A stretch of 64,000 nt of DNA from positions 248,372,001 through 248,436,000 of the forward strand of contig OZ024743.1 in NCBI GenBank assembly GCA_964016885.1, read 5' to 3'. A program made the translations under genes and the position numbers. Source of the stretch: Eledone cirrhosa. Its lineage: Eukaryota. Below are positions 27,903 through 44,175 of this stretch, piece after piece (within the stretch, counting starts at the first letter, position 1; every line of letters begins with the position of its first letter). Below the pieces are notes generated by a model. That model did no database searches. It worked only from the letters and a program-made list of their open reading frames with translations, and was not told the DNA's origin.

Positions 27903-27908
<6 letters not shown>
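27415..27908 (-). mobile_element. ~427-bp-period hammerhead-bearing element with ~64-bp terminal direct repeat, between TA tracts
   Basis: 27418-27481 is repeated at 27845-27908. Hammerhead at 27675-27717 on the minus strand. Confidence 0.75.
27675..27717 (-). ncRNA. Minimal type I hammerhead ribozyme
   Basis: Minus strand ACGATG CTGACGA T AGCT-AATA-AGCT T GAAA CTAG TA CATCGT. 6-bp stem I, palindromic stem III ACUAGU, GUA triplet. Confidence 0.85.
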
Positions 27909-27973
<65 letters not shown>

Positions 27974-28040
27974 GTAATAATAATAAAATTGAAGATATAT
28001 ATTATTTTAATAAATATATATATATATTATATATATTATT

Positions 28041-31389
<3,349 letters not shown>

Positions 31390-31769
31390 TGTGTGTGTGA
31401 GAGAGAGTATTGGGCTGGCACGTTTTTAACGACCTAGAAACGTTAACGATTCTGTCAATTCGCCGTCTACAAACTAAGATGAATGAACGAAAACAAAGCA
31501 GGCTACTTGTCGTTAAAACGGTACGAGTTTGTAGGTTTTTACGTGATTTAATCATTTGTGTCGGCAGTTTTACAAGAGTTCTTCTTATCCAAGAAGAATT
31601 TGAATTACCACATTACTCTGAACAATACAGAGTCCGATGCTTTATCAATGCAAGTTATTGTCTGTGTACTTCGTTAATAGTATTAACTCAATGATAGCGA
31701 CAGTTGGCAACTTAAACCTGCGACGTTGTGTAAAATGTCGACCATACTTAAATATGGAATGATACGCGA

Positions 31770-32640
31770 TGCCCAGCCCCGGCGGACAGAATGGAGAAGA
31801 CGTTTCCCCGGAGGACGGCAGGGGAGACGCGCTGGAAAAGCCACTCCAACTCGTGGGGCTCACACCTGCGGCTGGTCAGCTCAGCGCCTATGGTGGTGAG
31901 TAGGGAGGTAGCCCTAGGGCCGAGGACACCCCAGAAGACTTCACTGCCAGGGGTACAACCGGAAACCTGTCGGAGAGCGACCGGTATTTGAGGAGTTTGG
32001 CTTCCTCAACCCGACGTGCAGCATAACCTAGGTTAGTCGCACGCTGCATTAGGTTGCAGCTGCAGAAAGTATCGGTGCAAGTGGCATCCCAGACGAGGGG
32101 TTTTCCACCGCGGAATGGGAAGATGGTCATGCCATCTGGCCTTTTGCCGTCCCCTCGGTCCAGCCCCACCGGCTCGAGCTGGGAAGGGAAACCTGCAGCG
32201 TCCAAGTCTTGCTTTATGATCTCGTTGAGGGCAGCATTGCGTGGAAGTCGGACGGCACTGTGGCGACAGGAAAGCGGGTGGAGGTCGAAAGAGTCCACGG
32301 TGGATCAGCAGCGACATTGGTGTGGCTCGCAGATCCGGAGGACGAGCCTCAAGGAAACGCCGATGCGCAGGCTATTGTTGTCTAGCTGCGTGCCAGTGTA
32401 GAAGGAGGGCAGGGCATGGAGCCAGGCACCACTGTGGGGTTTGGAGGCCGCACGAAAACAGGCAAAGCGGTGCTAGTCGAGCTGGCGCGTGAGCTTGTCT
32501 GAGGCCAGGCTGCACTGGATGGCATCCCAAGTGCTTTGGAGGGACTTGATGTCAAAGGGGGAGAAGGAGGAGGGACGTCTACTGGGCTAAGTCCCAGCCG
32601 GTCCCACGTCTCACAGGCGGCCTCACGTTCTCTGAACACA
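31770..32640 (-). mobile_element. CRE-like non-LTR retrotransposon 3' part (zinc knuckle plus PD..D restriction-like endonuclease)
   Basis: HPLSC...RNAALNEIIKQDL..AGFPSQLEPVGLDRGDGKRPDGMTIFPFRGGKPLVWDATCTDT...EEAKLLKY. Confidence 0.85.
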
Positions 32641-33326
32641 AAGGGTTCTATTGTGTTTTAAAGGACCCTGCTGACGTGGACCCTCAGTTTGACATGCCTG
32701 GTCTAAAGCGTAATGATAAATGCTGCTTTAGTTACAATGTAAGTTAAAGGTAGGTAGACTATAACAAAAAAAAATAAGCTAAAGATAGTTGGAACTTAAT
32801 TGAGAGCCTTCCTACTGTTTAGTATTAATTAGGTCATCAGGCATTTTTCAGAGCTTAACATTTTATTATTAGTCTCAGGCACTGTTGCTGAATCTTTCAA
32901 GAGATAAATGCACTAATTTAGGCTCAACGATGTGCTAAAAAGCGGCAAGATTTTCTTTAAAAACACTACAAAAACGTGTCAAGATATAAAAATAATAATT
33001 GTTTCTACTTTTGGCACAAGGCCAGCAATTAAATCAGTGTATTACTGGTACTTTATTTTATCGACCCCGTAAAAATAATAATATTGGGTAAATGTTGGTT
33101 GGGTGGCAAACATTACTGCTAGGACATTTTAAAAATCTAAAATTTATTGCCATACCTTATATTTAATCAAAATTGAAGAATTCTAAATCAAGGTTTTCTT
33201 TTAAAACATGGAACTTGTCAGTTTTTTCTTCTTAAATCATGTTATAGGCGTCTATTGTTCTTATTTCCAGCAAAATATCCTTCGGCAATTTGTAACTAAA
33301 GCAACATTTATCATTACGCTTTAGAC

Positions 33327-33520
33327 CAGGCATGTCAAACTGAGGGTACCCCGAGGGCCGCATGTGTTGTCTGAAGGCCACATACGACAACTAATTGCGC
33401 ACATTACAACAAATTTTACGAAGATAAAACATGCTCGCGCTGTAAAAACCTTTATGCGGGCCGCAGGTGTGCTTGTAAAGGGCTGCATGCGGCCCGCGGG
33501 GCGCATGTTTGACATGCCTG
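33327..33520. mobile_element. hAT (Charlie-like) MITE
   Basis: 14-bp TIR CAGGCATGTCAAAC/GTTTGACATGCCTG. 8-bp TSD CTTTAGAC at 33319-33326 and 33521-33528. Internal GCGGCCCGC motifs. Confidence 0.9.
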
Positions 33521-33599
33521 CTTTAGACTATATTTTACGGATAAAATTTCTCTTAAAGTTTTTAAACTTTTGCGCTTGTGCAGTTTTGAATTAACAATA

Positions 33600-33930
33600 T
33601 CCTTGACACTAAACATCTTTCCACATCAGCATTTAAAGGCATCTAAGTAAATAGTTTTAATGCTAAATCTGAAATATCTTTGAACGGATTTCCTCCGGAA
33701 GAATCTGTATATAAAGAAACTTCAATAAAAAATGAAGTAGCTGCTTCCATTGAAAGTCTATTTTAGTTATGTTCTCATAATTTTCATAAAAATACTTTGC
33801 AATATCTAAAACTGCAGGTTTGATATGTTTATGTCACTCAGAGGTACCAACATATTTCTTAGATTCAAGAACGTTGAAATTATCTCATAGTCGCTGCTTA
33901 ATTTGCTTGATGACAAAATCAATGTATCTT
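33600..33930 (-). pseudogene. Decayed hAT-like transposase C-terminus
   Basis: Minus-strand translation SSGGNPFKDISDLALKLFT*MPLNADVERC resembles the hAT dimerisation motif (S)NAxVERxFS. Confidence 0.45.
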
Positions 33931-35241
33931 TACCGCATTTCATTTTCTACTTGTTAAGGAAATTTACTTTTGGAGAGTTTATTCTCAAATACAAAAAACA
34001 ATGTCGGGTTTGGGGCCTAGAAAATCCGAAAGGGTTTTTGTTTAGGCTTTTATTTTTTCTAGTATAAATAATTTAACTAAAGAAAATCTATTAAATCACC
34101 CAGTAACTTAGCGGATCTTGTATTTGTACTTAAGACGAAAAAAAAAAAAGTTCTTGCCTTAAATAAAGAATACATAGAGAATTTCAACAACTTTCTACAT
34201 CTATGACTACGTTAAAATAGTAATGTAATTCAACACACTGCTCCAAAATTTTTGTAACAGCAATTTCGATTGAAAGCCATCTAGTTGTAGCGGATGAGAT
34301 AAATTTGTAGTCATACATACTACAAGGGATGCAATATTTAATTCAACCAAATTTACAAAATGGAATTTATTGGAAACTTTGTTCGAGTATTTATACTGAT
34401 AAAACTACAGTAGTAACGAACACTTCTGGTTCTGTTGAAATAAATAAGAGGAAAAAAAAACCTTGAAGTATCCATTGTTGTTTTTATCGTCAGGCACAAA
34501 CAGTGAAACGTATGTTTCAAAGTCTAAAATTAGAAGTAAACGATTCTGTAAATCTGCTCAACTTTATCAAATCAAGAGCACCAGATGCAAGAATCTTCGG
34601 TATAAATATGGGAATTCTACATCCAACTTTATGACAAACACACGGAATTGCATTGGTTATTGCACAGAAAGGTGTTGGAGTCATTTTTCGAATTGTGTAA
34701 ATAGATTAGGTTATCTGTTAGACACGCAGTGACTAACAACAGAATGTTTTAAGTCTGCGTCTCTGTGTGTGTGTGTGACATACATGCGTAGCTTGTGAAT
34801 AACAATTCCAAGGGGTATCGCTGGCCGTGGTGATGCCTCCCAAACATCTTTTGTAATGTATCGTCTTATTGGCTAATTTCATCGCCTTGTTGGCTAATCA
34901 ACCAACGAGAGTAATTGTTGCTCAAAAGCATCCGCCACTTTGTTTCCACGTTTATTCATCGTTTCGCTTTCGAATCTTCCTCCAGTATTTCGTCGTTTTA
35001 TCATCAAAATATTTTTCTCGTTTTGGTAAGTTATATTGTTAATTTATATATGATTTTTTAAATTTATATTAACTATTAAAAGTCTGAAAATATTTTTATA
35101 CATTTTACAATAATATTTATAAGATCATTTATAAAATAACAATTATATAATCTAATTACATTATAACGATAATTTATTATTAATATATATCATGTTTAAC
35201 TAGAGTTACTATAAGCGTTGCCTTAAAAAAAATATTAAACA

Positions 35242-35557
35242 AGACCTGAAAAATGCGCAAGCTCAAAAGAGCCACATAATGTTTAAGTGCATTTCGTATA
35301 ATATAGATTTCGGTTTAAGTACATTTCGTATTAGTACATTTCGTACTAAACATCTAATATGAGATATTGAACATTAGCTTAAATAATTATCGTGTCGTCT
35401 TGAGTTCGTTATGAGTCTCTTTTTTATAAAAGGATGCCACAGAGTGTACGATAGATAATGATTACAATATTTTTGAGCAACAACTCTAGTCTCACACTTT
35501 TGAAGGTTTATTATAACCTTCTATGGCTCTCTTGAGCTTGCGCATTTTTCAGGTCTA
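35242..35557. mobile_element. MITE-like element with ~33-bp terminal inverted repeats
   Basis: AGACCTGAAAAATGCGCAAGCTCAAAAGAGCCA ... TGGCTCTCTTGAGCTTGCGCATTTTTCAGGTCT. Confidence 0.6.
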
Positions 35558-36119
35558 GTTATTACATGCATATCTTTTTGAACTTTCAACCAAACTAAAA
35601 GATCGGTGTTGAATAGGAAAATGGCATATCTTTCTGATGTAGTCACTTAAATGAATGGGGTTAGTCTGATATATTCACTTACATAAGGGGGGTTAATTTT
35701 GCACTGTAAGGTACCGGTGTTTTTTCCACAATCAAAATACATAAGTTTTAATTTTGCGACACTTATCTGATATGTATAAATCGACAGAATATTTTCTGGC
35801 AGAAATTGTAAGATGAAAATCCATTTGTATACTTGTTAAACTTAGGTAATTTATCGCTGGAAGAAAAAGAACAATAAATCGATATTGCAATATATTTTAG
35901 CTTACACTCGAAATCTCAACAAGCAGAACATATATATGTTAAAAAGAGGTGCTTCTCTATGATAAATTAATATAAGACAATAATATAATCCGATGTTTTC
36001 GGCTACCAATCTCGTGTCAATTAAGTGCGGGAAGGCGATTGAATTAATCCGAACCCTAAACCTAAACCCCACCCCACATCAACCCTAAACAAAGATATAT
36101 TCTTTTAATGTTACAATAT

Positions 36120-37145
36120 TAAAGAAAATGTAAAGGAAGGGGTGAACAACGGAGCCAACACCAGAGCAAAAGACAGCAACGTCGCAAGTACTGGGCAACC
36201 TCTCTAATGATTTTTGAGGCAAGCCAGCACACTCGCAGCGTTGCCTCGGATGATGGCGAGGCTGATGCGCTGAAACAGCCAAGCACCCTCGCGAGATTCA
36301 ACAGTCACCTCTATTAGGCGAGTGAGGAAAGGAACCTCGCAGTCAGCGGCCCGACTCCCCCAAACGTCTCGAAATCCACAGGCTGAAAAATGTAGCTGGC
36401 CGACAGATCAGAATATTTTAGGGTGTTACTTCGCTCGGCTGCAGGAGCTGTGGCTCTCGTCCTAACCGCAGCATCCAGGATGTGGGGAAAGAGCAAAAGA
36501 GTCACTAACAGTGACAACCCAGACAAGACATCTGCCTCTCAACCAGGGGCACAGGGTAAGACCGTCCGGTCTTTTGCCGTCACTTCTGGACAACCCAGAA
36601 GGTTCCAAGACTGAGGGGATATTCGCCCGGGCCAAAGCTCTCTTCAGAATGAGGTTTAGCTCCGTGTGACGCGCAAAGCGGCCGGCATTCAGGCGGCAAG
36701 AAAGACCGTGGAGGCCTGTAGAGTCGAGGAGTTTGCTGCATCGGCACCTCAAACTCATGCAGACGTCAGCTCCCACTCTGAGGGCGATGGAGACACGAAG
36801 TTCGTCCAGGCTGAGTAGGCCACCAACGTTGGCCACGGGTAGTGCATCGACCCAGTCGGCTGAGTATTTGGCGCTGGCAAATAGTAAGCGGCACCTTGAA
36901 AACTGATCTGACTGGACGAAGAGGGAGTCGAAGGTGGCCTTCGAACTTAGGCTGTCCCAAGCTCTCTGACTTCGACTGTCCTTCACCTTCTCAGGAAGAA
37001 ACAAGCCGAACTCACTCCATTGCTGGAGAGCTTCACCCAACTCCCTGTTGGAACTAGTCCATGTTGGAGAGGAGAGGATGCTGTTCACCAGGGTGGAGCA
37101 AGCGTGGGTGGAGGAAAGGAAGCAGGGGAGAACCCCAACCATGCA
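36120..37145 (-). mobile_element. CRE-like non-LTR retrotransposon 3' part (different subfamily)
   Basis: WVDALPVANVGGLLSLDELRVSIALRVGADVC...CRC...HGLSC...RFARHTELNLILKRALARANIPSVLEPSGLSRSDGKRPDGLT..PW. Confidence 0.85.
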
Positions 37146-37459
37146 CATAATTTGGAATGAATTAGTTAGGATTTTATTATTGTCGTATTTATATTAATTT
37201 ACTACGGGTGGAGGCAAATATTCTGGTGAAATTCTGAAAGAACATTTTCAGTGTAATCAATAACAAAAACACATTTAAAATAGACTGACTATAGAAGCTG
37301 ATTTACATTTTCAAATGTATGTAAAGAATCTCTGTGACCAAAAGTAGGTTCATCCAAGTCACTAACTTTTAATATCTTAGTTATGAGGTTAAATTTTTCA
37401 AACAACTAAGGGAAGAAAAGTACCTAAATTATGGTAAGACAATGCATATATATAGCATA

Positions 37460-37521
<62 letters not shown>

Positions 37522-37526
<5 letters not shown>

Positions 37527-37609
37527 TTCTCAAACTTTTCACCACCTAAATGATATATATATATATATATATATATATCATTTAGGTTGTGAAAAGTTTG
37601 AGAAAGTTT
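37522..37609. repeat. Inverted repeat centred on (TA)n
   Basis: AAACTTTCTCAAACTTTTCCACCACCTAAATGA-(TA)n-TCATTTAGGTTGTGAAAAGTTTGAGAAAGTTT. Confidence 0.8.
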
Positions 37610-37929
37610 GGCATAAAAGAGGCTGTTTATTTCAGAGGATCAGTATTTAGATTTAGACAGGAAGTGTTTGATAGTTTAGTTTTTGGCAGTTGATAATGTG
37701 GTTGCTTTTACTATTTTCTTTTACATCTCACTTGATTGGATCTTGCCTTCGTTGTTATTTATATTTCGGTATTGCTTTTGTTATTGTCTAATCTCAGTCA
37801 GCAAAGGTAGCTTATGAAACATATTACAAACACGTCAGATATGCATCCAGTAATTTAGACTACTTTATTTTCATCATAAATTCCTCTCTTCCATAAACGT
37901 GAGAGTTTATGGCAATTCATTATAATAAA

Positions 37930-38120
37930 GTGTGGTATGGCAGAATCGTTAGAACACCGGAAAAAAATGCTTCGTCTGAATTCAAATCCCGCCGAGGTCA
38001 ACTTTGCCTTTCATAATTCTGAGATGGGTAAAATAAAGTGCCAGTCAAGTACTGGGAGAGTGTAATCGGCTTTCTCTTACTCACAAAACTGCTGGCCTTG
38101 TGCTAAAATTAGAAACCGTA
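37930..38120 (+). mobile_element. OK-type SINE (other dispersed copies ~32995-33075 -, 42750-42920 +, 44215-44410 +, 46610-46795 +, 49385-49670 +)
   Basis: A-box-like TGGCAGAATCG, B-box TTCAAATCC, core and GCTGGCCTTGTG tail. Confidence 0.75.
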
Positions 38121-39399
38121 ATAATAAAGTGTGGTAGAGTAACACAAACAGAAGTGGGTTGCATGAAGATATTTACACCCTTCTACATCTGAGTTGAAAC
38201 TTTATGTAAACGACTTTGCTTTGTAGTCTTTAAAATATGAAGAAACAATGTACAGGTTCAATTCAATAGACTACAAACTCCACACTTCATAAATTCGTGG
38301 ACTTCTTCCAAATTTAGAAATCATTAATAAGGAAGGATTTCATCATATTCCTATGGTTGTAGTGGATTCTTCGACCATAGAAGTCGACTTTTCCAATGTG
38401 TTATGATTATCAACATCAAAATAGATTCAATTTATCAACAGGAAACACGAAACACACCGATACCTTCGACTCATCAGTAAAGCAGTTCAAAATAGAATCT
38501 TAAGGATTGGTAATCCACCATATTTAACATAGCCAAGATTTACTTCAGGGCTCGGCTAAATTTAGGCATAACGAGCCCCTTACCTATTTGATCTTGTAGA
38601 GAGAAGTCCTGTGCGACAAATGTTGCTATAAAATAAGGTGTGTAACAACTGAACTTGACAAGAATATGCGGGATGAATTGGTGATAGTGGTGTAGCATGG
38701 GTGGGCGATCGGCCATGAGCAGCACTTTTAGGGAGAGTCAGTTTTGGTCTACTGCATTGCGTTTATTCTGAGGGAGGCGGCAAGCTCAAAATCGCACCAA
38801 GCTGCATTAACTCTACTCATACCCTTGGATGGGGTATCAATCCTTTAGAAGTTTATCAATTTATCCTTTATTATTCAGTTTCATGACGTTAACCAATAGG
38901 AAAATAATATTGGAGGTTCGTTCCTTATGGGTCAAATAAATAAAATGTATCTAATTCCCAGACGTGAATATCTCTTCATTATGAAAAACATGTCACTGAA
39001 AATATTAAAGGTGTTAGTTGGACTGTTTCTTTAAAATATATGAATTTAATATATATGAATTTAATGATTATTAACTGTACGTAAAAATTAATAAAATCTT
39101 GAAAGGTCATTGCAAAAATCATAAACAATGCCATCATAAGTGAATAAAACACCCACCCCAGTAACCAAAAGCAAGTAGAATTAATTGATGTTTAAACATC
39201 AATTAAAATAACAAAATCCAACAAACTCGTGTAATGATCGTTTTTAAAATTTGTCTAATTCATTAATGTTTATTGATGTTAATTACGTTAAATCATTATT
39301 TAAATATGAATTCTAATAATGGTGTAACATATAAAAATATATCTGAAAACGTGAGAGGTCTTATTTGACTATAATGTCCTAAGCAGCTGCTTGCTCAGC

Positions 39400-40300
39400 A
39401 TTTGCCAAAGTCATGGGATCTATTGAGAAAGGTTCTGTTTGAATATGAGATCGATAGACAGCTTCTTGTTGCCCGATGTCTCTATACGATTGCCCTAGCA
39501 TTTCTTTGGATACATGGTGCTAAGTCGAAACCATTCAACGTGGGGGTGTCATACTCCACCAAGGGTGCGTACTGTCACCTCTCCTGTTCATAATCTTCAT
39601 GGACAGGATTAATATGCGCAGCTGGGTTGGAATCGAGGCTGGCAGGTATACGATCAATCGGCTGGAATTTGTGAACGACACGGTACTAAATAACTTTTCC
39701 AAGTGTGATCTCTAACATGCACTTGATAGGTTTGCTGCCGAATACCGCACAGCAGGAATGAAAATCAGTGCTTCGAAGACTGAGACACTCTACATGTGTA
39801 TGGAGTTCCTCTGAAGCAGGAGTTTCTCAGAGTCGTGTTCATGAGTAATAGAAGGTAGGAGGCTGAAATAAGTGCAGGAATTGCAGGAGCTGGTGCAGTA
39901 ATGTGCCGGCTTCAGCATTCGGTCATCAGAAGAAGGGGGGTAGGTGTAAAAGCCAAACTCACTATCTTTAATTCAGTATTCATGCTAACTCTTACCTATG
40001 GTCATGAATACGATCGTGAATACAAGCGATTGAAATGGGATTTCTCCGAAGTGTCTTTGGAGTAACGTTACTCGATAGTGTGCGTAGCTCGGAGATCAGA
40101 GAGTCACTCTAGGTAGAACCGCTACTTCTCCCAATTGAGATATTACATATTACGGACATGTGGTCAGAATGTCTCAGGAAAGATTTGCTGGACAGATTTT
40201 TCGGGCAAAACCAACCGGTAGGAGATCTAGCGGTAGCCCCGAGTAAGATGGTTGAATAACATCTATGAACACGGCTGGTCTCGCATAAAGCTATGGTATT
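39400..40300 (+). mobile_element. Degraded RTE-clade LINE (RT to 3' end)
   Basis: SKPFNVGV...LSPLLFIIFMDRI, AGMKISASKTE, LTYGHE-like remnants with stops and frameshifts. Confidence 0.7.
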
Positions 40301-40544
40301 AACACGTACGTCTCTTTCTACATCGGTTGAAAAAGTGAATAGTTCCAGAAACATCTAGATGTCTCGGGAGCTTGGTTACTGTATGATAAATATATGAATA
40401 TAGTAATATCTTCCTTATGAGGACACATTCTTTCTGTTTATATATTTCACATAGACATTATTCTCAGCCCCAACTAAAAATGGAGCCAGATTTGTCCATA
40501 GTCGATGAGAATAGACCCGATTGTTTTACCCTTTGCCTTTGAGC

Positions 40545-40880
40545 TTGAATATATGTCTTATAAAGATGCAACTGTTCACCCTTTCACACCTTCTCACACA
40601 CTAGATGTAGTGGTGAATGTGACAGTCACTGCATCCGTAGCTGAACAGAATAAACTTTTGAGGTACCGTGAATTGTCAGTAAAGTACATTTTTCAGCTTT
40701 TGACATTCGAGACGTTTAGTGATGCTGGGTCACAGACAACAGGGGTTCTTGACATTGTTGGCGGCTCGCCTCACTGAAGTATCAGGTGATGCTCGTGAGG
40801 GTGCTTGGCTATTCCAGCATCATAGCTTCGCTAATACCTGCGGCAATGCCGCGAGTGCTTTGAGTTGCGTCAAAATCTTT
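40545..40880 (+). mobile_element. CRE-like RLE 3' fragment
   Basis: DATVHPF...AEQNKLLRYRELSVKYIFQLLTFETF..AG, followed by AWLFQHHSFANTCGNAASALS. Confidence 0.7.
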
Positions 40881-41226
40881 TAGAGGGAAACACTAACATT
40901 CCTTGTTGCTGTGTGTAATTAAGTGTGCTCGGCTTTTCTGAGTTTTTCTCTAACTTATTTTTATTGAGTTGTTTCTTTTGTAAATCATTTATCACATAAA
41001 TTGTGTTTGAATGTAGATGTTCATCAAATGGAATCCAGTTAATTGTAGAACATTTCAGTGAATGCGTGTGTGTATGTATGTGTTTATGTTAGCGTCTTTG
41101 CGCGTACCTGTGTGTATGTATATGCTTGTGTATTTGTGTGTGCGTGCTTGTGTGTATACATGTGTTTGTGTGTCTGTCTGTGTGTGTGTATACATGTGTT
41201 TGTGTGTGTTTACGTGTATATATATA

Positions 41227-42114
41227 CGAGGAAAGTTCCAGGACTGATGTCACAAAAGATTTATTTCAAACCCAAACTCCATACTAAGAGTGTTCTCCTT
41301 CAAAGTAATCCCCCTGGAGTCTAATGCACTTTTCCGTCCTTTTCTGCCACGCTTGCATGCACTCCTGGAAGGATTCTTCCGGGATCCTCCGCAGTTCCGT
41401 CATCACGGCCTTTTTGATGTCGTCCACGTCTTCAAAACGGGTCCCCTCCGGGTCGTACTCTAAGATCCATGACTCATCACCGGTGATGACTGTCCCTAGT
41501 AAGTCTGGTTCGGTTTCAAGACGCTCGAGGATGTCCTGGCACACTTGCATGCGTCGACCCTTCTGGTCATCGTTCAGCATTTTTGGCACCATCTTCGTGC
41601 AGACTTTCCGCATGTCCAAAGCTTCAGTGAGAATCTTCCAGACGTTGTCCCGATTCATGCCCAGCTCATTTGCCATCAGTCGAACAGTCAGCCGACGATC
41701 GCTATGCACCATCTGCCTGACGCGCTCAACGTTGACCTCAGTTCTGGTTGTTGAGGGCCTTCCGATCCTGGGGTCATCTTCCACATCCTCGCGTCCTTCT
41801 TTAAACCTCTTGCACCACTCAAAAACACGTGAGCGTGACATCGTTTCATCTCCATACACTTGCTGCAGCAATCCCAGTGCTTCTGACGGAGTTTTCAAGT
41901 TTGTTCGTTGCTCTGTGCTCATTGCTTGACGACCTGAAACAGAGGACATGTATATAAAATTATGAAGAAAAAAGTTTGATCGCTGCAGAGAGCTAAGATT
42001 ACAGTTACATACTCCAGGGGGGATTACTTTGAAGGAGAAAACTCTCAGTGGGAAGTTTGGGTTTGAAATAAATCTTTTGTGACATCAGTCTTGGAACTTT
42101 TCTGACACACCTCG
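41227..42114 (-). mobile_element. Mariner transposon, internally deleted, with long (~100 bp) imperfect TIRs and TA TSD
   Basis: TA|CGAGG...CCTCG|TA termini. Inverted repeats 41227-41320 vs 42011-42114. Transposase ORF inside. Confidence 0.9.
41284..41949 (-). pseudogene. Mariner transposase with in-frame deletion of most of the catalytic domain
   Basis: HTH region VYGDETMSRSRVFEWCKRFKEGREDVEDDPRIGRP, KMVPKML (WVPHEL-like), TGDESW fused directly to GTRFEDVDDIK...QGDYFEG. HDNA and YSPDLAP motifs absent. Confidence 0.85.
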
Positions 42115-42973
42115 TATATCAACTCTTAAACCTTCTGACTACTGGGATGTCACCTAGAAGCTGTATCGAAGCTGAAATGATTATTATGCAAGTCAAGATA
42201 GGGATTGAAAACATATATGTATGAAGTTATATTTAGTTTTGGTTTATTTTATTATAGATAATACAGGCATTCTTTCGTTATAACTATCCATAACGCATCG
42301 CTGAATTTTGACAATTTCCGGCAATCGCCGTACGTAAACGGGCAATGAAATGAATAAAGTGAATGAATAAAATGTAAATGAAGGTAATCGAACAATGGAT
42401 TGAATAAAATAAAATCGAACGGTACTTCTTTGATCTCTATATGTAATCCCGAATGATTTATTAATAAAAGAAAAAGAAATGTCTTAACATACATGGGACA
42501 TCAATTTATCCTTCTTCCACGTATTCGCTGGAATTTTTTAAATATGTAAACAAAATGATTTTAATTAATGATAAATTATATACAGCGATTGCCAAAATTC
42601 ATGGATACGAAAGAACGACTGTTATATGTAAAGTATATATAAAGTACCAAAATCTTTGATATTCTATTCCACTGTTTTCCTAGTGGAATATTATATTACT
42701 GACTTGGTTCTTGATGTACAACGACTGACTTCATTAGGTAATCATATGTATGGCATCTAAGTACGACTGTTTATGTTCTGAGTTCAAATCCTGCTGAAGC
42801 CAACTCCGCCTTTACCCTGCCGAGGTCGATAAAATAAAGTACCAGTAAAGTAATGACGCCGTTATAATCGACTCTACCTTCCCTACCAATTGCTGACCTC
42901 GTACCTAAATTAGAAACTATTATTTAATCATGTATTGAGTATACCGGTATGTGTTTTAAAATGATTACCATGA

Positions 42974-43015
<42 letters not shown>

Positions 43016-44126
43016 TGAGCAAGGTTGAAGTGAGAGGGAGAGAGAAGTGGGGTACATTAACAGAAACAATGGTATACTCATAGAGAGTATAATGGCTGGA
43101 GGAATCATTATTATTAAGCAGAGCAAATGTTATTTTCGTTTCGGAGACTTTGTAAACAATCGCACGCATGAGCACGCTTGCGCTTGATACGTACGCAAGC
43201 ACACACTCACAGGCATCCCAGTGAAAGTCTCATTATTCTTACATTCTCAACCTATACAACTTATGACATCATCAGCAAGCCAATCTCCCCGCCAGCGACA
43301 TCAGTTAGTGTATCCACGGGATATACTTATAAACTACTTCTTGTATCGTCGTCGTTATTATATATATACTATATATATATATATTATACATTATCTATAA
43401 TGGCCAGTCAATCAATGCCCTCCTTATTAATAAATATACTTTTTATTTATAAAAAATAATCAGTCTTTTTAATTATTTAATTTTTTAAACTTACATAAAA
43501 GAAATCATTCAAAGAACTTTTTGCCCCCACCCCCTAATTGCTGGTTTTGTGCTTATTATGTTGACAATGAAGTTTCCTTTTTATTAAAAAAAAAAAATGC
43601 AATATTTATTGGATTTAAATATAGTGGATGGTTTAGGAAAATGAAAAAAGAAGAGTAAATTATGAAATTTTGCAGAAAAGATGCGATTATTCTAATAAAA
43701 ATTTTTTAAAGAATATAATATTTTTCGGATTCAAACGGCGTTTAATACATAATAACTTAAAGATAATACTGCATTAATTAAACAAATTAAATAACAGTAT
43801 GCTAATTAAATAACAGTTACAGAATAATATTAAATATATAAATTACTGATTAGTAGCGTGGTATTTCGGGGAAAACATTTTTTTTAGGCTAAAATAAAAT
43901 AAAACTCCTAAAATAAAAGGTTTCATCATCCTCGTATATAAATACATATTCTATAAATTATTCAGTTTTAAAGAAATAGCAAATTATCTCTGATGACCAT
44001 TGTACATAAAATACCGAGAATAGGTTTGACAGCTATTTCGATCGCTAGCCAAGGCTGTATTTCTATTATATAATAAACCAAGGGAGGTCACTCTCATTCT
44101 CTCGTTATCAACTAGTCACCGGTAGT

Positions 44127-44175
44127 ATGGCGGAATCCTGCGAAGACAGACCGAAGCTAATTGTATTTGACTTAG
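44127..44175 (+). CDS. MDP1: Magnesium-dependent phosphatase 1, coding exon 1
   Basis: MAESCEDRPKLIVFDL-D(split). Donor GTAAAG. HAD motif I DLDFT is completed by exon 2. Confidence 0.9.

Noticed and set aside
34860-35032. CCAAT-like boxes and a GTAAGT donor suggesting a first exon on +
   Set aside because: No downstream exon could be linked. Lies among transposon debris.
36052-36090. CCCTAA-like telomeric repeats
   Set aside because: Only 2-3 degenerate units; insufficient for an interstitial telomere call.
38440-38490. CTGATGAGTCGAAG on the minus strand as a hammerhead
   Set aside because: No matching stem II/GAAA/stem I arrangement found downstream.
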